From Chitinophagales bacterium (GTDB lineage Bacteria > Bacteroidota > Bacteroidia > Chitinophagales > JADIYW01): a DNA stretch of 64,000 bases. Positions 10,963 through 19,723 of the stretch are shown in pieces (the stretch's first letter is position 1; each line of letters begins with the position of its first letter). The position numbers were made by a program, and so were the translations under genes. The stretch is from contig JAMLHH010000006.1 in NCBI GenBank assembly GCA_023957215.1, positions 46,244 through 110,243 of the forward strand, in the 5' to 3' direction. The notes beneath the pieces are model-generated. The model worked only from the letters and a program-made list of their open reading frames with translations, made no database searches and was not told the DNA's origin.

Positions 10963-13473
10963 TTATAGTTTAATAAATCTCTTGGTATAAGAATTTTCAT
11001 TTGTGATGATTTCAATAAAATAAACTCCTTGTGAATATTTATCAATGTGAATATTCATGTCATAATTTTTCAAATCTTCATAAGACTGAATGATTCTACC
11101 ATTTATATCTCTGATACGCAAAGTAATAATCCCAAACTCTTTTGTGTTTTCAATACGTATTGTCTCTTTGGCAGGATTGGGATAGATAAGAATTTTCAAG
11201 AAATCTTTATCAGCAATACTTGTTGTAATAAATGGAATGCATTCACTCGAAACGGAAATATCCGGACAGGTAATAGAAGTGATTTGTACCTGATAAGTAC
11301 CGTTTTTAGTAGGAGTAAAGTCGGTGGAGTGTTCATTTTCAATAACGTTGCCACTGTTACAATCTATCCAACTATAAGTTGCATCTTGTTCCTTGACAGA
11401 GAGACTATTGTTACTAACGACAATATTTGCGTCCAAATTTGCCTCTAAAACATTGACGGTCATAGTGACAGAGGAAGCGCATTGATTTTCATCTGGCGTG
11501 AAAGTATAGACAGTAGTCGCTTGCGTATTGATTGCAGGTGTCCATGTTCCATTAATTCCATTATCTGATACATTGGACAAGGTGAAGCTTTCTCCTTTGC
11601 ATATATCGTCTATTTGTGTAAAAGTAGGAGTGATGGTTGTCGGGCATTCTTCAGATTCTATAAATACACCAAAGTCTTGAATATCTGCTAAAAAGAAAGG
11701 AGTTTCGCAAGTCAGCCTTTTATTATTGATTTCAGAGGGAGTGGATTCTCCTATGATTCTCATTCTAAGTTTTTGGTTAAAAACAATTCCTGTTTGTGGT
11801 ACATGGATTTCACTTCTCAAAGTATCAAAAGTGACTTTGGTTTCGTTGTAAGTACCTTTTCCGGTAAGAACCAATTCATTTATTTCAAAAATACCATTGT
11901 TATTGAAGTCGATATAAGCTTGTACTTGTTCCGTATTTGAACTGTAAGAACGGATTGGAATTTTAAGTTGATAGCTATTACCGGGTGTCAAAGTTGTAGA
12001 ATTTGTGCAATAGAAATCTTGATAGCCTTCATTAAAATTTCCACTTATTTTATCAATGGTATTAAAAATTACCCGATTGATGGAGGCAGTGTAGCCGACG
12101 TTGGTTGAGATTGGAGTACAAGCATTTGCAATAGGAGCTTCTACTACGGCAATAAAATCTTTTTTACTTGTGGAGCTTGTTCCAAAATTATTGGCCACTT
12201 GAAGAGTGACATCGTAAGCTCCCGTATAGTTAAAGGTAAAAAGAGGATTTTGCAGGGTAGAGGTCAAAGTTTCTTTGCCATTGGAGACTGTCCATAAAAA
12301 AGATACATCACTTCTTTGTCCGGTCGGTGTGAATGTATTGGGAATGCATGCTGAGTTGTCAAAAAATTGGACAGGATTTCCTTGACAGGCTGTAGAGTTT
12401 GTAGTAAAGAAATCGGGTTCTGCTATTTTTGCCGGTACAAGTGAAAGGTTGGATTTAGTTTCTAAAAAAGAGATCCTTAAGGTATTCATGGCTGCAATCA
12501 CTCTTTCTTTTTGTCCGGGTGTAAAAAGTCCTTTGAGACCTGTATTGCAATAGCTCATAAAATTGTTTAAAGAATTATTAATATCAAGTGAAGTGGAACA
12601 CTCAGTCGTCCGGCATTCATCTCTTTTATGTGGTGGTGTATCGCAAACCATGTCACCATCTGTTGAACAGTTATCGTCTTTTGGACAATCTTTACCGCCA
12701 TTATCACCTTCAAAAGTATGATAAAGATTAAAAGCATGACCCAACTCATGTGCTAAAGTGGTCGATAGTGGGTCTTTAATGGTATTGACAAGCATGACTG
12801 CACCATCTAAAACAGTGGCATGTGCGGAGGCAAAATAAGCATATCCCAATATTCCTGCACCGCCTTCATTGTTGTCAATTTCTGAAACCAACCACATGTT
12901 ATAGTAACGTGAAGGATTCCATCTGATTATATTTTTTAAATCCAAATCGCTGATACCAAATGACCTATCTGCTTTCACACCATAATTCATATACGGTTTA
13001 TTATTAGTCATATCAGTATAAGTAATCCCATTGGTGCATTCGCCTTTTGGATCTCTCACTGCTAATGCAAATTCAATTCCCACTCCTCCGTTATTTGTGC
13101 TGTCATTTGTATTATAAAGCATCTGACTATAACTTTCATTTAAGATTCTGATGGCTTCCTTGATTTGTTGTTCCGTAATATCTGTCAGTGAAGTACCTGT
13201 TGACATCACATGTACAACAATTGGTACAACAATGGTAGAATTATCTTCCCTTAAAGAAATATCATTTTTATGAGATTGGACATATTTTTCAAACTCCTGC
13301 ATTTTATTTCTATAATCATCGTTTTCTGTCATCATTTTTTTATGAACCAAATCTGTTCCGCATTTGACATTGATAGATGGATCATTTTTTAGCAATGGGA
13401 AATTTAAAGTTTGTGCTTTAGAATGGGAATTTATACAGAGAAGAACTGTAAATATTGAGATGAGTGTCTTCAT
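10963..13473 (-). CDS. M43 (pappalysin-like) zinc metalloprotease with PKD and GEVED domains and a T9SS C-terminal sorting domain
   Basis: CGT cysteine switch, HELGHAFNLYH, NFMSY Met-turn, PKD (GAYDVTLQVAN), IDFNNNGIF GEVED-like segment, IYPNPA...KRFIKL CTD. Confidence 0.88.
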   Translation of the reverse strand: MKTLISIFTVLLCINSHSKAQTLNFPLLKNDPSINVKCGTDLVHKKMMTENDDYRNKMQEFEKYVQSHKNDISLREDNSTIVVPIVVHVMSTGTSLTDITEQQIKEAIRILNESYSQMLYNTNDSTNNGGVGIEFALAVRDPKGECTNGITYTDMTNNKPYMNYGVKADRSFGISDLDLKNIIRWNPSRYYNMWLVSEIDNNEGGAGILGYAYFASAHATVLDGAVMLVNTIKDPLSTTLAHELGHAFNLYHTFEGDNGGKDCPKDDNCSTDGDMVCDTPPHKRDECRTTECSTSLDINNSLNNFMSYCNTGLKGLFTPGQKERVIAAMNTLRISFLETKSNLSLVPAKIAEPDFFTTNSTACQGNPVQFFDNSACIPNTFTPTGQRSDVSFLWTVSNGKETLTSTLQNPLFTFNYTGAYDVTLQVANNFGTSSTSKKDFIAVVEAPIANACTPISTNVGYTASINRVIFNTIDKISGNFNEGYQDFYCTNSTTLTPGNSYQLKIPIRSYSSNTEQVQAYIDFNNNGIFEINELVLTGKGTYNETKVTFDTLRSEIHVPQTGIVFNQKLRMRIIGESTPSEINNKRLTCETPFFLADIQDFGVFIESEECPTTITPTFTQIDDICKGESFTLSNVSDNGINGTWTPAINTQATTVYTFTPDENQCASSVTMTVNVLEANLDANIVVSNNSLSVKEQDATYSWIDCNSGNVIENEHSTDFTPTKNGTYQVQITSITCPDISVSSECIPFITTSIADKDFLKILIYPNPAKETIRIENTKEFGIITLRIRDINGRIIQSYEDLKNYDMNIHIDKYSQGVYFIEIITNENSYTKRFIKL

Positions 13474-13693
13474 TAAGAAAATTTCTTGAAATTTAGATAA
13501 AATACGAAACAATGCAAGTTTTTGTTAAGAAAAATTTCTTTAATTTGTTTTTTACCTAATAATAATTGTGGAGAATCTTTAATTTGAAGATGAAAATTTC
13601 TTTTCAAATTGAAATAAAATGATAAACGAAATAATTTTTAATTTTCTTCGTATAAACATGACTCCAACGCTTGTTAAAAAAGAAAACTAATGT

Positions 13694-13701
13694 ATATTTG
13701 C
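13694..13701 (+). promoter_or_regulatory. -7 promoter box of the tRNA cluster
   Basis: TATATTTG(CA) about 60 nt upstream of tRNA-Leu. Confidence 0.6.
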
Positions 13702-13759
13702 ACTCGCAAGAGCGAAAAGCTGTTGTTGTTCTTTAATTTGAGTTTTCATAGTAGAGTAC

Positions 13760-13845
13760 GCCCTGGTGGTGGAACTGGTAGACACGCAGGACTTAAAATC
13801 CTGTGAGCCGTAAAGCTCGTACGGGTTCAATTCCCGTCTGGGGCA
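13760..13845 (+). tRNA. tRNA-Leu(TAA)
   Basis: Cloverleaf with GCCCTGG/CTGGGGC acceptor stem, CAGGA-CTTAAAA-TCCTG anticodon arm, long variable arm, GGTTCAATTCC. Confidence 0.95.
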
Positions 13846-13865
13846 CTCTTCTCTGAATATAGATT

Positions 13866-13938
13866 GCGAATGTAGCTCAGTTGGTAGAGCACAACCTTGC
13901 CAAGGTTGGGGTCGCGGGTTCGAGTCTCGTCATTCGCT
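13866..13938 (+). tRNA. tRNA-Gly(GCC)
   Basis: GCGAATG/CATTCGC acceptor stem, anticodon loop TTGCCAA, GGTTCGAG. Confidence 0.96.
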
Positions 13939-13998
13939 CTTTTTTTATTTCAATCATCTTTTATTGAATCTTCAATTTTAGTAGGTTGATACAGGTAT

Positions 13999-14074
13999 GC
14001 GAATGTAGCTCAGTTGGTAGAGCACAACCTTGCCAAGGTTGGGGTCGCGGGTTCGAGTCTCGTCATTCGCTCCA
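13999..14074 (+). tRNA. tRNA-Gly(GCC), second identical copy with encoded CCA
   Basis: Identical to 13866-13938 and followed by CCA. Confidence 0.96.
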
Positions 14075-14095
14075 TTACATTCAAAGCTTTAACAA

Positions 14096-14168
14096 GCGAA
14101 TGTAGCTCAGTCGGTAGAGCACAAGCTTCCCAAGCTTGGGGTCGCGAGTTCGAATCTCGTCATTCGCT
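14096..14168 (+). tRNA. tRNA-Gly(CCC)
   Basis: Same body as the GCC copies with a CAAGC-TTCCCAA-GCTTG anticodon arm. Confidence 0.93.
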
Positions 14169-14172
14169 CATT

Positions 14173-15258
14173 TTAAGGTATTAGATATCTAACGCTTTCC
14201 TTCCTTTTGACTTTTCCTGAATATGTTCTTTGAAATTGTGGAGTAAAATAGATGTTTTTGGGTATTTTATATGTACTCAATCTTTCGCCCAACCCTCTTT
14301 CCAATTGTAATAATTTTTCTTTAGAATAAGGTGTAGATTCAATCAAGAGGCAAAGTTTTTCTCCTAAAATATTATCCGGTTTTCCAAAAACGAAGAATGC
14401 TTCAGATATTAGAGTACTTATTTGATTTTCAATTTGCTCGGGATGTAATTTGACACCGCCACTGTTGATGACATTGTCAATTCTTCCTTTCCATATAAAT
14501 TGATCTTTACTGACAATTTCTACGATATCGTTTGTAATGACCTCACTTTCTATGTAGGGAACTTTTATTACAAGACAATCTCTATCATCAACATGAATAT
14601 TTACATTGGGTAAAGTTTGAAATTTGTCTGAACTGTTTTTCCCATTGAGCTTTCTTATGGCGATATGACTCAAAGTTTCTGTCATACCGTAGCTGAGAAA
14701 TATTTCTGCTTGTAGATTTTGAATGGATTCTTCTAATTCCCTGCTCACTGTTCCCCCTCCCAAGAGGATTTTTTTGATTGATTTTGTATCTTTTACATTT
14801 TGAATCTGCATTGGAACAAAAGGGGCAAAGTCTATTACTTCATCCTCTTGTAAATTTTGTATGGGATGAGAATTAGACTCAAATTTGCAAATTAAATTTA
14901 ACCGACTGTAAAGAGTCCGTACAATCATCATTTTGCCGGCAATATATTTGACGGGTAGATTTAAAAGTGCGGTTTGACCTTCTTGAAAATCAAAGTACTG
15001 CGCTGTTGCGACAGCACTCTGTAACATTTGGTTTTTTTGGACGGTGATCATCTTTGGCTGACCGGTAGATCCACTTGTCTGTAACCGGATTTGACTGGAA
15101 TCATCTGACCATTCATTCATAAAATCTGCCAAATCGTGCAAAATTGTCAGCTCTGAATTTCGACAGTATTCTTGTAATGATTGAATATTCATCTGTTGAC
15201 CGTTGATAGTCAATACAGTATAATCTTTGAAGCTTAAATGATTTGTGATAGATCCCAT
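14173..15258 (-). CDS. menE: O-succinylbenzoate--CoA ligase (short Bacteroidota type)
   Basis: TSGSTGQPK, YGMTET, GRIDNVINSGG and SGKVKR AMP-binding motifs; coupled to menC. Confidence 0.85.
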   Translation of the reverse strand: MGSITNHLSFKDYTVLTINGQQMNIQSLQEYCRNSELTILHDLADFMNEWSDDSSQIRLQTSGSTGQPKMITVQKNQMLQSAVATAQYFDFQEGQTALLNLPVKYIAGKMMIVRTLYSRLNLICKFESNSHPIQNLQEDEVIDFAPFVPMQIQNVKDTKSIKKILLGGGTVSRELEESIQNLQAEIFLSYGMTETLSHIAIRKLNGKNSSDKFQTLPNVNIHVDDRDCLVIKVPYIESEVITNDIVEIVSKDQFIWKGRIDNVINSGGVKLHPEQIENQISTLISEAFFVFGKPDNILGEKLCLLIESTPYSKEKLLQLERGLGERLSTYKIPKNIYFTPQFQRTYSGKVKRKESVRYLIP

Positions 15259-16274
15259 TTTTTATCCTTGTGAAAATGTAAACCTTTCTCATCAAAGGTA
15301 TAAGGAGAAATAAAATTATTAGTAAAAAGTTGTCCTGTTCCCAAACCTTGGGCATATTCCGACCATCCTTGAGCCGTGTATTGGGCAATGGCATTGAGTC
15401 CTATATTACTTTCTAAAGCGGAAGTGACTACCCAAGTTCCATCTATTTCTGTTACCAACTTTTTCCATCTGTCGGCAGCTTGAAAACCACCTATCAGGGC
15501 ATGTTTTAAAATAAGAATATGCGGACGAATTGTCTCAATTAACTTTTTACGTTGTACATTATTATTGATACCTATCAACTCTTCATCCAAAGCTATCTTA
15601 ATCGGACTTTCATCCATGAGTTGAGCCATTTCCTGCCATTGACCTGCACGTATTGGCTGTTCTATATAGCTGATATTAAAAGTAGAGAGTCGTTTCAATT
15701 TTTCTTTGGCTTCTGGATAGGAAAAAGCGCCATTTGCATCTAATCTGACTTCTACCTCATCAGCAGAAAATTGTCTTCTTATTGATTTTAATAACTCAAT
15801 TTCAGTATTAAAATCTATTGCACCTATCTTTAATTTGATAGATGTGAAACCGGCATTGAGTTTTTCGGCGATTTGCTCTAACATGCTTTCTTTAGTTCCC
15901 ATCCAAATTAACCCGTTTGAAGGAATATTAAATCCGTTTTCTTTGATGACTTCGGGGAAAATAATTCTTTGACTCCCATTTTCTACATCTTTTAAGACGA
16001 TTTCTACTCCGAATAGGATAGAAGGCCATTCGCTTAACTCGGAAATGATATTTGCACCTTCAGTCGGGAGTTTTTGGCAAGTTTCAGCAAGTTTTACTTC
16101 GTAATTGGTTTTATCATCATAAGACAGATTGGTGAAACGGTTACATTCACCGATAGCTATATTCCCATCTTGCTCTATAAAAATAAAATAGGTGTCTTTA
16201 TTGTATAGGACACCTCTTGATGTTTCACCCTGCTTTTTGAAATGTAGAGTGTATTTTTTAAAATAGCATTTCAA
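15234..16274 (-). CDS. menC: O-succinylbenzoate synthase
   Basis: Enolase superfamily KLKIG, RLDANG, IEQP, LDEEL, SALES, GLGTG. Confidence 0.88.
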   Translation of the reverse strand: MKCYFKKYTLHFKKQGETSRGVLYNKDTYFIFIEQDGNIAIGECNRFTNLSYDDKTNYEVKLAETCQKLPTEGANIISELSEWPSILFGVEIVLKDVENGSQRIIFPEVIKENGFNIPSNGLIWMGTKESMLEQIAEKLNAGFTSIKLKIGAIDFNTEIELLKSIRRQFSADEVEVRLDANGAFSYPEAKEKLKRLSTFNISYIEQPIRAGQWQEMAQLMDESPIKIALDEELIGINNNVQRKKLIETIRPHILILKHALIGGFQAADRWKKLVTEIDGTWVVTSALESNIGLNAIAQYTAQGWSEYAQGLGTGQLFTNNFISPYTFDEKGLHFHKDKKWDLSQII

Positions 16275-16691
16275 TTATTTTCCAAATATTTTATAGTCCA
16301 AAGAAAATTTGCCCGGACCCAAAAGGAATAAAGAAATAAACATGGCATAGTATAAAAAGACCAATTCTAATACTGAAAAACCATCTTGCAATTCAATACC
16401 GTGTAAATAAGAAATCACTGAAAAGTTAATAATTAAGATAGCTGCTGCCGGTCTTGCAAACAATCCGATGATTAATAAAGAGGCACAAATACCTTCTGCA
16501 AAAGCAGCCATATAGAAAGAAGTCGAAACTCCCAAACCTATCGGATCAAGGAATTGAATCTCATCACCGCTGATAATAGTCATCATTTTCCCCCAGCCGT
16601 GTCCATAAACCAATGACAGTCCTGCTGCTATGCGCAAAATTAGTAAACCAAGATCTTTGCCTGTTTTAAATTCTTTGTTTAAAAAGCTCAT
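16275..16691 (-). CDS. DoxX family membrane protein
   Basis: LLILRI...HGWGK, GLFARPAA, GPGKFSLD. Confidence 0.88.
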   Translation of the reverse strand: MSFLNKEFKTGKDLGLLILRIAAGLSLVYGHGWGKMMTIISGDEIQFLDPIGLGVSTSFYMAAFAEGICASLLIIGLFARPAAAILIINFSVISYLHGIELQDGFSVLELVFLYYAMFISLFLLGPGKFSLDYKIFGK

Positions 16692-16788
16692 ATTGTAATT
16701 TTTAAAGTCTAATTTATAATAAAATATCTTATTCGATAGAATTTCCTCTGACTCTGAGTAAACTAAGTTTAAATTTTAATTTTAATGG

Positions 16789-17520
16789 CTATGCCTTATA
16801 GTACTTCTTATTAAATAGTGTATTTCTGCGTATTTGTAATACCCCCCAAAAGGCTTCTTTAAATATTTTTGTGGACATTTTGGACATTCCCAAGACTCTA
16901 TCCTTGAAAGTTATAGGGACTTCTTTGATTTTAAAACCACTTGACCAAACAGCATATTTCATTTCGATTTGAAATGCATAACCAATAAAAGTAATTTTAT
17001 CAAGATTGATACCGAGAAGTGTATTTCTTTTGTAGCAGACAAAACCACCTGTTGTATCTTTTACGTTCATCCATGTAATCAGTCTGACATACAATGAAGC
17101 AAAATAGGAAAGAAGTATTCTATCTTTGGGCCAATTGCTCACTTTCCCACCTTTTACATATCTTGATCCTACCGACATGTCAGCACTACTCTCACAGGCT
17201 TCCAATAGTGGAATTAATGAATTGGGATTGTGTGAAAAATCTGCATCCATCTCAAAGATGTAATCATAACCATTTTTCAAAGCCCATTTAAAGCCCGTAA
17301 TATAGGCAGTCCCAAGTCCAAGTTTCCCCTCTCTTTCAATAAGAAATAGATTTTCTTTTATCTTTTGGAGTGATTTTACTTTACCGGCGGTACCATCAGG
17401 AGAACCATCATCCACGACAAGAATATCAAAAGGTCTCTGCAAATTAAAAACTGCATCAATAATGAGATGAATATTTTGCATCTCATTATAAGTGGGAATG
17501 ATGACAATTGATTTTTGCAT
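16789..17520 (-). CDS. Polyprenol monophosphomannose synthase (DPM1-like GT2)
   Basis: IIPTYNE, VDDGSPDGT, GKLGLGTAY, EMDADFSH, GYAFQIE. Confidence 0.9.
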   Translation of the reverse strand: MQKSIVIIPTYNEMQNIHLIIDAVFNLQRPFDILVVDDGSPDGTAGKVKSLQKIKENLFLIEREGKLGLGTAYITGFKWALKNGYDYIFEMDADFSHNPNSLIPLLEACESSADMSVGSRYVKGGKVSNWPKDRILLSYFASLYVRLITWMNVKDTTGGFVCYKRNTLLGINLDKITFIGYAFQIEMKYAVWSSGFKIKEVPITFKDRVLGMSKMSTKIFKEAFWGVLQIRRNTLFNKKYYKA

Positions 17521-17756
17521 GAACTACAAAGTAAAGAAAATTATGTTTTTCAAAATTGTTAAAAGGATATAATTTGATCATTCTATGGATAAGAAAATGA
17601 TAAGCCTGCCAATACTTGTCCCGGCAATATTAGACAAGTTTTATTATAAACGTATTCGTTCGAATGTTTCTTTTTTAACTCCTCTCTATTGGTTACACTA
17701 ATTTTATTTTCTTCTCTTTAGTTTTTAGGGAAAAGTGAAATAATATTACTGCATCA

Positions 17757-19640
17757 TTACATCTTCACTCTCACTCCAAAATTAAACCACCTCGGAGCAG
17801 TCGGTATGGCACCAACCTCATTGTACTTAGAGTTGAGTAGATTTGTAATGTCTGTATAAACTAAAAATTGACCGACTTGATAAGCGATTCTCAAATCTAA
17901 AAGGTTATATGCTTTGTTTAATTCACGTTTGATGAGACGATTTTCTACTTGTACAGATAAATTTTTATAGCCGTATTGAATGCCTGCAATTAACTGATGT
18001 TTGAGTGTTTCAAAGATATATTTGGACTGAAGATTTTCATACTCCAAATGTTGGGGATGTAAGTAATGATATTGAATTTTATATTGTAAAAAGTGATTAC
18101 CTCCAATATGAAAACCTTGTTGTAATCTAGTCTGAAACCCATGTGTATTGTTTTTATCGGAATTGATAGGACTATATGGAAAACTTTCATCTTCACGCAC
18201 CCAATCTATAAACTCAGAGATGTTTCTGTAAAAATAACTGACTTGAAAATGCAAATCCTTTTTGTCATAACTCAATTTCGTTTCGTAATTCCAAGCTCTT
18301 TCAGGTTGTATATCTGCATTTCCGATATTACCCGGCAATTGATTCAAGTACAAATCCGTAAAAGAAGGTATTCGCTGTCCTGAACCGACAGATGCAGAGA
18401 TTTTCCAGCTGGGATAAAACAAATAAGCCACATCGACACCCGGATACACTTGCCATCCGTAATCCGTATTATAATTGACATAAACACCTGCCTGTGTCAA
18501 CCACTTTTCGCCAAAGGTCTTTTTGTATTCGGCATTGATTCCGTGATTGTTTCTACGATGTTGACCAATGTTAGAACTATTGATTTTTCCTAATCTCGAA
18601 CTCCAACCTAACCCAAAATCTCCCACTTTAGTTTTTGCACTCGTATTTAATTCCACCATCAGTGTATTCATAAAATGTCGGGAACGTGCAGTGCTTAAGT
18701 TGTCCTTAAAATACCTGTAATCATCTTCATTGTATCGGTCACTGATACCGGGTTTGATGGTGAAACGCCCTAATTGATGTTGAGATGAAATATTGAAAAG
18801 GGCAGTTTTTACAATTTCTTCCGAATTGATATCTCCCGGTGCAGCATAAAAACCGTTGGCACCAAATTTATTTTTGGTATATCCTGCCAAAGCTTGTATA
18901 GAGTTTTTAGCGTTGATTCGATATTCTCCGTTGTATAATGCACGAGTATTATTTTGTGCCGTATTATATCTTTGACCGTTGTACAAATTTTGACTAAAAG
19001 ATAAGACCTGACTATGTTTTTCAGAACCATATTGACCAAACAACTCTAAGCCGCCACCGCCATAAATGCCGTTTCCATCATCTGCTTCTTTAGATTGGAA
19101 AGAACTTCCTCCGTAAAGGTTTGCTTCAAAAGAACTGTGTTTTTCTTTTTTCGTCACGATATTAATTGCACCTGTCAAAGCATTGATACCATATACTCGT
19201 GCTGCTGCGCCTCTCAACACTTCAATATGATCTATTGCCACCAAAGGAAGTGGGATATTCATCATATTATGAGCAGTTTGGTCATCTACCAAAGGGATTC
19301 CATTTAGCAAAACTAAAGTTTGTTCGAAAGAACCGCCATCTATACTGATATCAGCTTGTCCTCCAAAAGGTCCACGCTGCCTAATATCAATACCTCCGAT
19401 ATAAGCGAGTAAGCCATTTAAAGAGGTAGCCGGAATTTTGTCTATTTCATCTTTGGTGATGATCTGTATATCTCTGATGGACTGACTAAAAGGAATCTCC
19501 AATCTGTCACCGTAAATAATCACTTCATCCAAGCGGATACTATCGTTTTGTGCCAAAGCTTTTGTAGCAAAAACGAGAGAAAGAAAAGAGATAGAAAGAG
19601 TTGTAATCAGTTTTAAGAAGGTCGTGCTTGTCGTTTGCAT
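17757..19640 (-). CDS. TonB-dependent receptor (BtuB-like)
   Basis: Signal peptide, LDEVII TonB box, plug motif IEVLRG...GAINIVT, C-terminal beta-strand. Confidence 0.88.
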   Translation of the reverse strand: MQTTSTTFLKLITTLSISFLSLVFATKALAQNDSIRLDEVIIYGDRLEIPFSQSIRDIQIITKDEIDKIPATSLNGLLAYIGGIDIRQRGPFGGQADISIDGGSFEQTLVLLNGIPLVDDQTAHNMMNIPLPLVAIDHIEVLRGAAARVYGINALTGAINIVTKKEKHSSFEANLYGGSSFQSKEADDGNGIYGGGGLELFGQYGSEKHSQVLSFSQNLYNGQRYNTAQNNTRALYNGEYRINAKNSIQALAGYTKNKFGANGFYAAPGDINSEEIVKTALFNISSQHQLGRFTIKPGISDRYNEDDYRYFKDNLSTARSRHFMNTLMVELNTSAKTKVGDFGLGWSSRLGKINSSNIGQHRRNNHGINAEYKKTFGEKWLTQAGVYVNYNTDYGWQVYPGVDVAYLFYPSWKISASVGSGQRIPSFTDLYLNQLPGNIGNADIQPERAWNYETKLSYDKKDLHFQVSYFYRNISEFIDWVREDESFPYSPINSDKNNTHGFQTRLQQGFHIGGNHFLQYKIQYHYLHPQHLEYENLQSKYIFETLKHQLIAGIQYGYKNLSVQVENRLIKRELNKAYNLLDLRIAYQVGQFLVYTDITNLLNSKYNEVGAIPTAPRWFNFGVRVKM

Positions 19641-19723
19641 TTTGATGGTTAAGATTAAAATTGAAAATTTTGTTTAGTTTGGGTATAAATATCTATATTT
19701 ATTTCTTTCAAATAATAAGGACA

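Noticed and set aside
13760-14172. tRNA-targeted genomic island
   Set aside because: No integrase and no separate duplicated tRNA 3' end; housekeeping men genes follow directly
19641-19723. Cobalamin riboswitch upstream of the BtuB-like receptor
   Set aside because: The gap is only 83 bp, AT-rich, and has no B12-box
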